DNA of 63,350 nt, filler included, from Chiloscyllium plagiosum (taxonomy: Eukaryota): assembly GCF_004010195.1 (NCBI RefSeq). It is 5 parts of one record of this genome, joined end to end, with 100 filler letters (N's around TTAATTAATTAA, not from the genome) between each part and the next. Parts side by side here need not be neighbours in the genome. Positions count along the whole stretch, not along the records: positions 19,075 to 27,569 come from NC_057712.1; positions 27,670 to 47,837 come from NC_057712.1; 3 more parts are not named here. One strand, written 5' to 3'. A program made the translations under genes and the position numbers. This document shows positions 26,095-39,371 of the stretch, in pieces. Position 1 is the first letter of the stretch; each line of letters opens with the position of its first letter. Below the pieces are notes generated by a model, which saw nothing but the letters and a program-made list of their open reading frames with translations, made no database searches and was not told the origin of the DNA.

Positions 26095-26543
26095 GTAAAT
26101 AACTTATTATAATCACAAATTTATACTCATGATATCTAAATGAGGAGTTTACTCCAAAATGTTATAGTTCTTTTTGATAACGAAATGTCTAACACATGGA
26201 ATTCGGTCTTCATGTTTAAGACTTTCTAGGACAAGGTATTGAGAAAACCAAATATTGCATATCAGATTTGCACGTATACCCTTTCCCCACTCGGGACAAA
26301 GTGCACTTTTACCACTTCACAGTGAACCTAATGATGATTTGGGAAAAGCCAATGCTTTGGAATTTCCAAGTAGCACAGGGATGCTACCCATGTTTCTCCA
26401 CCTAATATTGTGTAGTTTATCAGGGACAGAATAGATGGGACTCCCCACAGTTGTTTAATTGTTTATGCTTACAGAATGGCAGGGGCCAAGTGGCAGAGCT
26501 ATACCTGCAGTTAACTAAATAAACCAGACTGATTGCTCAGTCA

Positions 26544-26683
26544 GGAGGGAGAAAATGAGGACTGCAGATCAGAGCTGAAAAATGTGTTGCTGGAAAAGCG
26601 CAGCCGGTCAGGCAGCATCCAAGGAGCAGGAGAATCAACATTTCGGGTATAAGCCCTTCTTCAGGAATCAGAATTCAGGAATT
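26544..26683 (-). mobile_element. Penelope-like terminal fragment with decayed hammerhead (26632-26668) and 14-bp TSD
   Basis: Minus strand CUGAAGAAGGGCUUAUACCCGAAAUGUU; TSD TGA[T/C]TGCTCAGTCA at 26530-26543 and 26684-26697. Confidence 0.7.
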
Positions 26684-26739
26684 TGACTGCTCAGTCATTA
26701 CAAAACCATCTCAGAAATCAAATTACGATACAAGAAACT

Positions 26740-27298
26740 AGTATGGCAGGGGGGGTGGGAACCCGAGCTGTATACCGGAGGTGAGAGTTGATACAGATGA
26801 GGCAATAGCAAGAGGTAGACCAGCTAGTGGAAAAGATTTTCCTGGCAAGGAACCAAGGGATCAGTTAAAGTGTGTTTGCTTTAACGCAAGGAGTATCAGG
26901 AATAAAAGTGACGAACTTAGAGCATGGATCAGTACCTGGTGCTATGATGTTGTGGCCATAACAGAGACATGGGTTTCAGAGGGGCAGAAATGGTTGCTGG
27001 ATGTTCCAGGGTTTAGAGCATTTAAAAGGAATATGGAGGGGGGAGAAAGTGGAGGACTACTAATCAGAGAGGGTATCACAGCTACAGAAGCTTCCATTGT
27101 CGAGGAAGATCTGCCTACCGAGTCAGTATGGGTGGAAATTAGCAACAGCAAGGGAGCAGTCACCTCTTTAGGGGATTACTACAGGCCCCCCAATAGCAGC
27201 AGGGAGATTGAAGAAAGCATAGGTCGGCAGATTTTGGAAAAGTGTGGACGTAGTAGGGTTGTTGTAATGGGTGACTTTAACTTTCCCAATATTGATTG
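26740..27298 (+). mobile_element. CR1 LINE APE endonuclease region
   Basis: CVCFNARSIRNK, DVVAITETW, YYRPPNS, VVMGDFNFPNID. Confidence 0.92.
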
Positions 27299-27299
27299 C

Positions 27300-27569
27300 A
27301 GAGAAAGTGAGGGCTGTAGATGCTGGAGATAAGATCTGAAAATGTGTTGCTGGAAAAGCGCAGCAGGTCAGGCAGCATCCAAGGAACAGGAGAATCGACG
27401 TTTCGGGCATAAGCCCTTCTTCAGGAATGAGGAAAGTGTGTCCAGCAGGCTAAGATAAAAGGTAGGGAGGAGGAACTTGGGGGAGGGGCTTTGGAAATGT
27501 GATAGGTGGTGGGAGGTCAAGGTGAGGGTGATAGGCCGGAGTGGGGTGGGGGCGGAGAGGTCAGGAAGA
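27300..27569 (-). mobile_element. Penelope-like 3' end inserted in CR1, running into a gap
   Basis: Same terminal unit as 10210 and 26544, plus a purine-rich body. Confidence 0.7.
27392..27428 (-). ncRNA. minimal hammerhead ribozyme motif (family A), intact core
   Basis: Reverse complement AUUC CUGAAGA A GGGC UUAU GCCC GAAA CG UC GAUUC. Confidence 0.6.
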
Positions 27570-27669
27570 NNNNNNNNNNNNNNNNNNNNNNNNNNNNNNN
27601 NNNNNNNNNNNNNTTAATTAATTAANNNNNNNNNNNNNNNNNNNNNNNNNNNNNNNNNNNNNNNNNNNN

Positions 27670-28122
27670 GGAGAGGGTGCAGAGAAGATTTACTAGGATG
27701 TTGCCTGGAATGGAGAATAAGTCGTACGAGGATAGGTTGAGAGTTCTCGGCCTTTTCTCGTTGGAACGGCGAGGGATGAGGGGTGACTTGATAGAGGTTT
27801 ATAAGATGATCAGGGGAATAGATAGAGTAGACAGTCAGAGACTTTTTCCCCGGGTACAACAGAGTGTTACAAGGGGACATAAATTTAAGGTGAAGGGTGG
27901 AAGGTATAGGGGAGATGTCAGGGGTGGGTTCTTTACCCAGAGAGTGGTGGGGGCATGGAATGCGCTGCCCGTGGGAGTGGTAGAGTCGGAATCATTGGCG
28001 ACCTTTAAGCGGCATTTGGATAGGTACATGGATGGGTACTTAATCTAGGTTAGAAGTTCGGCACAACATCGTGGGCCGAAGGGCCTGTTCTGTGCTGTAT
28101 TGTTCTATGTTCTATGTTCTAT
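27670..28122 (+). mobile_element. CR1 3' end with (GTTCTAT)n tail
   Basis: QRRFTRMLPGME...RGDLIEVYKMIRGIDRVD...FFTQRVVGAWNALP. Confidence 0.9.
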
Positions 28123-28639
28123 TATAGTCTTTGTGTGCACAGGTTACTTAATCCTCATCCTCCTTGTGTGCCTGTGACATCACTTGCTGCTAAATCCAGG
28201 TACATACCAGAATAGCTTGTCTATTGGATAAGGGTATTATCTTAAACTGGTTACCCTTGTATTTTTGAATATGCATTTGATGTATGTCAAGCAAATATAA
28301 GATTGGACTTATGTCAGTTTGATGATTTGACAATAACAGTAAAGAGGTTTTCAGGACAGACAGTGGAGACCTCCACATACACCCTTCCCAGCTTGAAATA
28401 GCACATGGCCAGAGGTCGAACAGTTTTGAGCAGTTGCATACCTCATTGGAAATGCCAGTGACTTTCATAGCCACTTATACAGTGGCACTATGGATCATAT
28501 TTTCTCACCTTTAATAATAGGTCTTTTGTCCCTTTTATGCATAACGTCATCACTACCTGATCAATAGAGAACACAGCCTCCTGAGATTGGAGTTATATTC
28601 AAGTGATACATGGAACAACAGAATACATTCTCTGGTATA

Positions 28640-28832
28640 CAGGGCAACCTTGATTATCCGAATGACACGGGCGGGGAGTATTTTGTTCAGATAATTAAAC
28701 GTTCAGAAAATCAAATGTTTGGATGATTGAATGTTCGGATAATACAGTTTACCCAAGCATCGGGACCTTGAGATCTTGTTTGGATAATCCGAAATTTAGA
28801 TAATCAATGTTGAGGTAATTAAGGTTGTACTG
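28640..28832. mobile_element. Tigger/pogo-like MITE (193 bp)
   Basis: TA|CAGGGCAACCTTGATTATCCGAA ... GGTAATTAAGGTTGTACTG|TA; internal repeats of TTCGGATAAT. Confidence 0.8.
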
Positions 28833-29234
28833 TATATCTTTTTAAACTTATTTTATTAACATACATCAAAGTAGTTTAAGGATTATAATGTGAAGATTCT
28901 CCTTTAACATGTTTTAGGCTGTCTTTGGCCAATTGTTTTGGTTCCCTTTCTACTTCTACTAGATTTTTAAGTGCCTTTGTGCCAAATCCTTAATATTTAA
29001 CACCAATCCTGGTAAGAATGGGTACCTTGAGGGAAATTCATGGTTCTTGGATGAGTAGCACCCTGAATAAATGTCATTCATGTCAGACTGCATGAGAGAG
29101 ACCGTGTGGTCACCCATTAGTAATCACACCAAGTATCCATACCTATAGACAAAGGTGAAAATATTGCATTGCCTGGCGAAATTGAATTGCCTGGTGACTA
29201 ATTTGCACAGAAGTTCAAATCTCATGTTTTGGTT

Positions 29235-30105
29235 AGAACATAGAACATAGAACATAGAAGAATACAGCGCAGTACAGGCCCTTTGGCCCTCGATGTTGCG
29301 CCGATCCAAGCCCATCTAACCTACACTAGCCCACTATCCTCCATATGCCTATCCAATGCCCGCTTAAATGCCCATAAAGAGGGTGAGTCCACCACTGCTA
29401 CTGGCAGAGCATTCCATGAACTCACGACTCGCTGAGTAAAGAATCTACCACTAACATCTGTCCTATACCTACCACCCGTTAATTTAAAGGTATGCCCCTC
29501 GTAATAGCTGACTCCATACGTGGAAAAAAGGTTCTCACGGTCAACCCTATCTAAACCCCTAATCATCTTGTACACCTCTATCAAGTCACCCCTAGACCTT
29601 CTTTTCTCCAATGAAAACAGCCCCAAGTGCCTCAGCCTTTCCTCACACAATCTTCCTACCATACCAGGCAACATCCTGGTAAACCTCCTCTGCACACGTT
29701 CCAGTGCCTCCACATCCTTCCTATAATATGGCGACCAAAACTGCACACAATACTCCAGATGCAGCCGCACCAGAGTCTTATACAACTGCAACATGACCTC
29801 AGCACTCCGGAACTCAATTCCTCTACCAATAAAAGCCAGTACACCATATGCCTTCTTCACCGCACTATTTACCTGGGTGGCAACTTTCAAAGATCTGTGC
29901 ACATGGATACCAAGATCCCTCTGCTCATCCACACTACCAAGTATCCGACCATTAGCCCAGTACCCCATCTTTTTGTTACTCTTACCAAAGTGAATCACCT
30001 CACACTTAGCTACATTGAACTCCATTTGCCACCTTTCTGCCCAGCTCTGCAGCTTATCTATATCCCGCTGTAACCTGACACATCCTTCCTCACTGTCAAC
30101 AACTC
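29235..30105 (-). mobile_element. CR1 LINE 3' portion with (AGAACAT)n tail
   Basis: 234-aa ORF MEFNVAKCEVIHFGK...LEYCVQFWSPYYRKD. Confidence 0.92.
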
Positions 30106-33100
30106 CAAAGATTGTGAGCCAAAGATTGATATGAAACGCTGATTACCCACTAGACTGGTTATTTTCCTGAAACATCCTGCTTGTAGCCTGCCATTATTTC
30201 AGCTGGAATCCATGAAATAAGGCACAACAGAGTGATCACTGACCAGTCCAAAAAGTCATACCACTACAATAGCACCAATCATATTTGCACCTTTGTCATT
30301 AACGACCATGGGGAACTATCGTCCAGGTCAGCAGACAACCAGGTGTGCAGTAATGTCAATTTTGCAATAGCATGCATTATAGAACTGCATGGCCAGTGAT
30401 GTCACAAAGTGTCTTTCTTTTGGGCATGTTACAGTGTTGTAGAATAGTGCAGAGGAGTCACACATGGGATAACTCTCCTTTCAATGATCTCCAGTAGCAC
30501 TGTCTCCAGTTCATTCATTAGCAAGCAAATCAGGTACTTGGCTACTTTGGAGGTCATTCGTGCTTCTCAGGTGTCGCCACTCTACTCAATCCTTACTTAA
30601 TCCATTCGTTATTTAACATTGACAAATGTTGTAATTCTAAGTGCCTTTACAAAGGTTTTTATTTTGAGCCATCTAATTGTGGCACTAATTGCCTCATTCC
30701 TTTAAATTTTACTTACATGCAGCTTTTCTGTTCCATTGTTCAACTGAGGTAAAAACTCATTGGCCATGTTTTATTATGGCACTATCTAATGGAGCTCTCT
30801 ATATTTCTCAATATAGACAAATTACCTCAATCTGTAATTTTAATTGAAAATGAATCACTGTCAGACTGAAATGCTTGGGCTAATTGATCTAATGATTATT
30901 ACCAGTATGTCTTTATATAAACCATTGCAATCAGTACATTGTGAACAATATAGCTCTATAAGATAGTTAGCTTTGTGTATAATAGATGCATGTTAAAATT
31001 GTAACATATTTAATTATTGTTTACAACTGTATTTAGCCACAGCCACAGGGCCTCCTTTGAAATCTTACTTTGATTAAAGCCAATTAATCTTATCCAACTG
31101 AAATATTCTAAATAACAAAACACTTAAATGTTCAAATTCTGAGGTTTCTCCTCCTTGCTACTGGCTGAGGTTTCTTTAGAAGTGTGGAAATATTGTTTTG
31201 TGACAGAAGCAGTTTAAAATTTCATGAGATATATCAGCTTTATAAAACATTTGGAAGAAGAGTTGATTGACATATAACATCAGTAAAAATTTGTCTAGAT
31301 AAATCACAATTGGTGTGGAGCAATATCTCAAAAAGGCAAATGCCAACAACTTATTAATGCTGTGAAATGTGTATAAATGATAGTTCTATGGGATCTGAAC
31401 TAAAACTGGATTGACTTTTTTTGTCTTTTAGGTGTAGAAATCCCCATCAAGGTAAATCTATGGTCTTGTTTATGGTGGGAACAGATACATAGGACAAAAC
31501 TTGCGTTACTTCAAATTTTAAAATGTTGTAAAGAGCTGATTTTCTTCTTATATGCTGCTAGTCTGTGTTTAGAATACCAGTGTTTAGAATTGTAAACTTA
31601 TTCAGAAAATGTTACAAAAACAGACTAGGTTAATCCTGTGTTACTAAAGCATTTAATTGAAATTGATTTTTGAAATATGTGTGTGTATATATATTCAGAA
31701 GTTCTATTTGACAAGTTCCAATTTATATTCTTAATTACAGTTGTGGATACAACATGTTTATTTCTGTCAATGTCCTGAAGTGTCACAAACTCCATGTAAT
31801 TTATCACTAATGGGTCACTGCACACAAGGTGCTGTATTTTCCTGGTTCGGTTACAATCGCAATATTCACCTCAAATCCCACCGAAACTCTCAAGCGTCTG
31901 TGGTGCAATGTAGGTTGTAGCTTTCTTAAAGGCAATCAATTAAAAACCATACTGAGAGCCCATTTAACTACATGGGAGCTGGGGTTAGGGGTGAGGATGG
32001 GGTTTGGTGGTGGTGGTTAGATCAGAGAAACATGAGTATACTGAGAGCAAGGTTTTGCTGGTTACCCTGCTGGGGTATAACAAGTGTGCCTTAAGATGAA
32101 GATACCCTGCAGCATTTGGTAAAATTGGTTATTAATGTCTTGGGGAAACCTGTCCAAAGGGTGACTTGCAGCCTGTGCTGTGACTATCTCATCTCGGCTC
32201 ATTCATGCTCAAGGGGTGAATTGATAACCCCTTGTTTTGCTGCTGGGTGGCCATTCCATGGAAATATTGAGGTTCAGAATTGAAGGAGGTCTATCTGCCA
32301 TTGGCAAGATCCCTGTGATACTATTATTTCTCTTCAATTACTCCTTAATGGGCCTAGTTGGTTACCCAGCTCTGTTGTATTGACTCATCTCTAGCAAGAT
32401 TGTTGAAGGCAGATAGCCAATCTGAAACCTTGTTTTGCAACCCGGCTTCCAGTTCAGCTTCCTAATTGACTTCCATGGCATTGGGAAAATTCAGCTCAAA
32501 CACTGTGGTCCTGACATTTTAACCAAGGAAGTGTTATACTTTCCTGGGGAAACAATGAAGATTCAGCTCAGTATATTTTGATTCTGCAGTAATTTGCAGT
32601 ATCCTAACACACACTTTCACAATACATGTAAAAGATAGAAAATTGTTTTGCTTGATTAATAAAATGTCTTGTGAGCTGCATCCTAAGGATTTAAGCAGCC
32701 TGGTTACACAGTGATGTAAAGAGTTAAGTGACAGAGAAAAACATTTACTTCATGACTTTACTAATTGTAAACATTTAAAATATTTTTTAGCATTTGTTTA
32801 AGAAAATTTATAAATGCTGTAAAGAAAACTCAGCCACTTCGGTGAGAAGTTTTGATTTTAGTTTCTTCCCATTTGCTCGTTTGAAAAAAACTAGCTGCTT
32901 TTAAGAAAAACTCAATTTGCTGCTTGTCTATCACATTCCTCGCCATAATACTGTTTATTTCAAAAAGAATCAGTGATAAGAACCAGGAACAGCTCCACAC
33001 CTCTGCTACCATCATAAACCCCCGTTTAAAAAAAAGCTTGAAAATCTTTTCAGGAGAAAAACTGTTTAATTTTGCATGAAAAAGCATCACCTCAAATCTA

Positions 33101-35357
33101 TTTTGAGCCATCTTATATAATCTATTAACCTCCGTGAGTTAATGGCTGAAGCTCACAGAAACCCATCAAATATCCTCCCCCTGTTTTGTTTGCATTTTCT
33201 CTTTCCTTCTTACATGGTCATATACTTAATCACCTTTACCACCTTAGCCGCAGTAGAAATTGGATCTTTATGACTGCTCGCAAAAACTGTCCCTACTCAT
33301 CCAAGTTGCGATATGCCATTTGGGATTTTTTTTAAAAAAAGTCTGCATTTCTAAAGATTCAAAGTAACCGAGGGGAAATAATATGGCATGCCTTTAAATC
33401 TTCAACCTGAATGAACCAATGAAGAGGATAGGGCTACTTTTTTTAAAAAAAATCACAACTAAACTAATTGCATATCAGATTTCCCTCCCACTCTTCCACA
33501 TTGTTCTTTTTTTTCAGGAGAAAAATTGTTGAACTTTACCATGAAATAAGTCAAGGGAAAAATGAAGTACTAATTAAGAAAGATGGGGTTTTATGCAAAT
33601 CACTGTACGCCAAAGATATTCTAATGAATCTGCCCTGAGCGGATGTGTGTGCAGGAAGCTGACAGCTGGCTCCGAGGAAGGTCACACGGAATCAGTAGCA
33701 TGGAGCATAATCCTTCAGATTGGCAGCTTTGCCCCTCGGTCACTGTTTGATTATCTACCAAATTGCTGTATTTCACAGAGATAATGATTTTTTATGGTCA
33801 CAGACTTCAAGACAACTGCCATATCCTCAGGGTCATCAAGCAAGGAGACAGCAACTTCTCTGGAAAAGGCATCCTTTCAGATTTTTCCCTTCACTTCAGT
33901 CTATTGTGATTTTTCATTTTAATTTATTCTCATTTCTTGTGCTTGTGTGAATATTCTTCTCATATTTCTTTTCTCTCCCTCCCTTCCCTCCTCCATGTAT
34001 TTTTAACCAATTAAGGGCCAGAAGAATAATCACTAAACAAACCAATATGTTTTCCAGGCTTGTCAATGATGCTATACCCCTGTGATCTTACTGTACAGAC
34101 TCCAGGGTCTCACAGAATATAAGGTGCCCCATCTCCCTTGGGTAGGGGGCATCTGACTAAATTTACCCTCCACGACCTTCCTGCGCTGGAGTTGACAACC
34201 TCGTAATGGTTATCAGACACAGTGGAGGTGGAGGCAAATGGAAGGGAAGGAGGGAGGGTATTGAGATCAATAGATATTCCACATCATGTCATACTTCAGC
34301 ACCCCCTACTGTCTGGTCATAGATTAGCAATGTTAAGGCTGTCGAGATCTTTCAGACTAGTGTTTTCTTTCATCCAAAGGTCAAAGTGAATGATCCAGAA
34401 TAGGTAGATGCAATAATAAGAAAGGAGATAATTAAAAAAACAAACACAATAAAAGTATTCTCTTCCAAATAAATTGACAATGTAGTTGCTTGGGCTTTTT
34501 GGTATGTTCATTGCTGCCTAACTCATTGCTAATCTGAATGGAATGAAAATAACTAAGTATTTAACTATCAGGCCTAATGCAAAAGTTATATTGGGTGATG
34601 TGATGTGGAAATTACTGAACACATTTAACCATCAACATTTGAAAGGAAGATACATCTTAAATATTGGATCACAGCAATGTGAGCTCTTTCAGGAATTGTC
34701 TGATGACTGATTTAATGTATTGAAAAGAAGTCTGTCAAACAAATAACTGAAGTGAACTTGATTAAACTTGTAAGAAGGAGAATAAATTACAAGAGAAAAT
34801 ATGTCGAGTTATAAATTGGATTAAACATGTTGTCATATGAGGGGCATATACCTTTATATGTTCATCACTGTTTTGCCATTCCTCAGATACCGAAGCAGTC
34901 AATGTCCACCTGTAATATGACCTGGACAATATCCAGGCTTGGGCTGAAAAATACAAAGTAACATTTGTACCACACAAAGTCAGGCAATGACCATCTCCAA
35001 CAAAAGTGATTCTAACCATTATTCCCTGATATTCAATGGCATCACCATCACTGAATTTCCACTACCAGTATTCTGAGGGTTTCCATTAACCAAAAACAGA
35101 AAAAAAAAGCCCTGGAGGGGTTTAGAATGTGCAAAGAAAACTTTCAAAAGGAAATTAGGGGAACACTAGGGGAATCAAGATTTCTGGGGAAAGGGCAGGA
35201 AAGCAGAAGTGAGGAGTGTCAGATCAGCTGTGATCCAATTGAATGGAGCAGGTTTGAGGGGAGCTCCTGCTCCTATTTCTTCTGGTTTCATGGTCGAATT
35301 GGGGGCCTGAAAGAATAATGGCAAGTAAAAGAGAACCCTTAAGTTATTTTGCAAGAA

Positions 35358-35576
35358 CAGTCAGTTCTGCTATAATGAGTGTTTCTTCAAAGTGAATTGC
35401 CTTTAATACCATTGAAGAATTTAATATGTTATTTGTAGATTGTGATCTTGCCTTATCAGTATTGGCTATAACGCGATTTTGGCCCCATTAGTTTGAAGGG
35501 TGCTACTGTTGCACGATTTTCTTATAACATGAGATGGCATGGGAATTGAACTATCACATTATATTAGAACTGATTG
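35358..35576. mobile_element. Tigger/Tc1-mariner-like MITE (219 bp)
   Basis: TIRs CAGTCAGTTCTGCTATAATG / CATTATATTAGAACTGATTG; TA on the right, AA on the left. Confidence 0.7.
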
Positions 35577-35979
35577 TACTTTAAAAGTAAAAGGATAACT
35601 AAGGAAAGAGCAGGGCCTATTATGGGCCACAGAGGTCAGTTAAGTGTGCAGTGTCAGGCTTAGGTAGGGTTCTAAATGAATACAATGTTTTTGTGTTCAC
35701 TAGTGAGAGGGGTGATGTCAGTATATAAATCAGGGAGAAGGACAGTGATACGATTGAAGAAATTAGCGTAGACATAAAATAAGTTTTGAGTGGTCTGGCT
35801 AGCTTAAATGTAAGTATATCTCCAGGTGCAGCAGAAACATATCCCAGCTTGTTGATTGAAGCAAGGGAGAATGTAACAGGTATGCTGGGAAACACCGCCT
35901 GACCTTGCACAGAACAAAGATGTTGAAAAATGAGAGTTAGCTCGAAGAAAACTGTACTTGGTGTGATGTCTTTGGACAG

Positions 35980-36318
35980 GAAAAGGTGTTGGCTTATTGG
36001 TATTGTTATGAGACTATTAACCAAGAGACCCAGGTCATGTTCTTGGGGCTTGGGTTCAAATTCCGACATGGCAGATGGTGGAATTTGAATTCTGTAAGTA
36101 TTTGGAATGAAAGTATTGTCATTAATTGCTGGGGAAAACGTCCATCCTGTTCACTAATGTCATTTATGGGAGGAATCTGCTGTCTTGCCTGGTGTGGCCT
36201 GTGTGTGACTCCAGACCATTAGCAATGCGGTTGATTCTTAACTGCCCTCTGGGGATGAGTAATACATACTGACCTAGCCAATGATGTCCACATCCTGTGA
36301 TGAAAAGAGAAATAAAAT
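35980..36318 (+). mobile_element. older tRNA-like SINE (SacSINE/DeuSINE-like; name uncertain)
   Basis: GGTTCAAATTCC B box, GATGGTGGAATTTGAATTC, GTGACTCCAGACC..AGCAATG core; relatives at 38608-38815 (-), 58387-58685 (+), 60158-60450 (+). Confidence 0.6.
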
Positions 36319-36729
36319 ATTGTCAATTCCTCTCTTGCCACAGGAGAGGTGCTGGAGGACAGCCAGTGTGGTGCTGTTACTCAAGAAGTGAGCATCATAA
36401 ACCAGGAAACTACAAGCCAGTCAGTATAGATGGACATAATTAACCTGCACATAGTGAGGTGAGAAAGCACAGTCAGCATGGTTTTGTGAAGAAAAGGTCA
36501 TGCCTGACCGACTTGATTGAATTTTTTGAACAAGTGACCAGGTGTCTCACAGAGGATTGTACATTGGGTATAGACTACTTGGACCTTGGCAAAGCTTTTG
36601 ATAAGGTCTGAAATTGGCAACTGATAACAAAGGTAAGGTCCCATGGGATCCAAATATATTTGGCTAACTGGATCCAGAATCAGCTCAGGGGCAGGAAGCA
36701 GAGGGTGATGACCAAAGAGTACTTTTGCT

Positions 36730-36942
36730 AAAGACAAAAAGAAAACTGCAGATGCTAGAATCCAAAGTAGACAAACAGGAAGCTGGAAAAACACAGCAAG
36801 CCAGGCAACATCAGGAGGTGGAGAAGTCAATCTTTTGGGTATAACCCTTATCCAATCCTGAAGGGTTATACCCGAAACATTGATTCCTCCATCTCTTGAT
36901 GCTGCCTGGCTTGCTGTATTCTTCCAGCTTTCTGTTTGTCTA
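36730..36942. mobile_element. Penelope-like fold-back mini element with decayed hammerhead centre
   Basis: About 80-bp inverted arms TAGACAAACAG.AAGCTGGAA.. / ..TTCCAGCTTTCTGTTTGTCTA; flanking GTACTTTTG duplicated. Confidence 0.65.
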
Positions 36943-37429
36943 AAAGGGGTACTTTTGTGACTGGAAGTCTGTGTTCAATGGAGTTCTGCAGGGGTCAGTG
37001 TTGAGCTCCCTGCTACTTGCAGTATGTATGCCATATTTTAAATTTGAATGCAGGAGGGTTGATCAGTAAGTTTGTGGATAATTTGAAAATAGGAAGGGTG
37101 GCATATTGTGAGGGGGGGATGGCCTTAGATTACAGGAGAATGTAGACAGGCTGGTCAGATGAGCTGGTCAGTGGCAAATGGAATTCAATCTGGATACGTG
37201 TGAGGTGATGCACTTGGGCAGGACAAACAAGGCAAGGGAATATATGTTGAAGAATAGGACCCTGAGAAGCACTAAGCATCAGAAAGAACTTAGTAGGCAT
37301 ATCTACCAGTCCCTTAAGAGAGCAGGAAAGTTAGATAAATTGGTTAAGATGGCATATTGGATATTTGCCTTTATTAGTCAAGGCAAAGAGTTTATGGGCA
37401 AGGAAGATTTGCTGGAAATGTATAAAAAT

Positions 37430-37761
37430 TTGATAGGCCATGGATAGAGCATTGGATGCTGTGCTGGAATCCACATTACAGGAGGAATTTGATTGCATTG
37501 GAGAGCATGCAGAGAATTACCTGGTATGGAGAATTTCAGTTAAAAGAGAGATTGGATAGACTGTGGTTGTTTTGCTTTGAACAGAGGAGACTGAATTGAT
37601 AGGCCATGGATAGAGCATTGGATGCTGTGCTGGAATCCACATTACAGGGGGAATTTGATTGCATTGGAGAGCATGCCGAGAATTACCTGGTATGGAGAAT
37701 TTCAGTTAAAAGAGAGATTGGATAGACTGTGGTTGTTTTGCTTTGAACAGAGGAGACTGAA
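37430..37761 (+). repeat. 166-bp tandem duplication inside CR1
   Basis: 37430-37595 versus 37596-37761, 2 mismatches. Confidence 0.95.
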
Positions 37762-39371
37762 GGGATGTTGTGATTGAGGTGTATAAAATTGTGAGGGGCA
37801 CAGATAGGATAGATGAGAAACAAAGCTTTCCCCTTGTTGGAGGGATCAATGACCATGGGGCTAAATTTAGGGTAAGGGGCAGGACGTTTAGAAGGAATGT
37901 GAGGATAAATATTTTCACTCAGAAAGTGATGGGAATCTGGAACTCATTGTCTATAAGGCTGGTAGAAGCAGAAACTCTCATGACATTTAAGAAGCACACT
38001 GACAATTCCAAGGCATACAAGGCTACGGGCCAAGTGTTGGAAAATGGGATTCGAATAGTTAAGTATTTGATTGGTGCAGAGCCAAAGGACCTTTTTTCTA
38101 TGTTGTATGCCTATATTACTCGATGACTAAAGACTAACCAGGATGAGCGATACAAATACAGTGCCGCAAGAGCAAGTCAGATGCTCAGAATCCTTACCTC
38201 CTGACTCCTGACTCCCAAAGCCTGTCAACATATGATGTATTAAGCACAAGTCAGGAGGGTGAAGGGATACTCGCCATTTACCTGAATGAGTGCACTTCCA
38301 ATAATACTGGCCAGAGTCATACTTGGCACGTAGGATGATGGTTAAAGTTGTTGGAGGTCAGTCATCTCAGCTCCAGGACATTTCTGCAGGGGTTTCCCAC
38401 GGTATTGTCCTAGGCTTCAGCTGTCCTCCATCGTAAGGTGTAGTATGGAGCTCTGTGTTCACACTTGCAGTAATACAGGATGGAAATCAATGCAACTATA
38501 ATGTTTTTATATTTAATGTTAGTTATTTTAAATTTAATGTTAGTTGTCCATGATAAACTATTGTTTATGTATTTATCACACTTGTTAGCTGAATTTGTGT
38601 GATCTGTTTCATTTCAGGCATTAGTGAACCAGATGATTACTTGCAACACTCGACAGTAGTTATATGGTTGCCATGGAACTAAATTCTAAGTCCAGATTTT
38701 TATTGAATTCACATTTCAACATCTGCCATTATGGGATTTGATCCATGTCCTCAGGACGTTATGCTGGGGCTCTGGGCTAATATAGTGACATTGCCACAAT
38801 GCACCATCTTCCCATTGGACTTGCACTCGTCCTCAAAAGGCTAAAGTTTTGGGGAGTGTGGAGGTCACCCACTTGCCGTTGAATATACGTCCAAAGCAAT
38901 CATTATGTGGCTGATCAACACTGTCCCACTACATGTTAATCTTGGGGATTCAGTGATGGTGATACCATTGAATTTATTAGCCTATTTTATTAGACCCCAT
39001 TGACAATATCATGTGCTACTCTTGTTTTTTTTTTCTTTCAACTTATTTTAAAAGTCTTGTGCCTTCATATTTCTTCCATTTTCGTGCTAGTGACTATTTT
39101 TTCTGCACCTGAGTTTAAACACATTGTGTCACTGAGAACTTCCCTTGTTTGGTGCTGCAGATTATTACAAATCCCTGAGTGATTTTTAAAAAATAAACAT
39201 CTACGGAGTGAGAGAGAAACAGTAATGTTTCAAATCTAGTATGGCTGTTCTTCAGAACTGTACTTCAGACCTGATTTTTCAAAGATTTCTTTCAAGGTTT
39301 GTCTTGATAATGGATCAATTTCAGACTGTGGTGTTGTTTGAGTACTTTATAGCAGACCTTTCACCAGCAGA

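Larger units (their letters stand above)
35100..38130 (+). mobile_element. old about 3-kb CR1 ORF2 copy with nested insertions
   Basis: Remnants PGNYKPVS, QHGFVK..SCLTDLIEFF, YLDLGKAFDKV, SKFVD, MEFNLDTCEVMHLG. Confidence 0.8.

Noticed and set aside
28650..28820. Spaced TTCGGATAAT repeats as a CRISPR-like array
   Set aside because: Irregular 10-mers derived from the TIR of a TA-flanked MITE in eukaryotic DNA.
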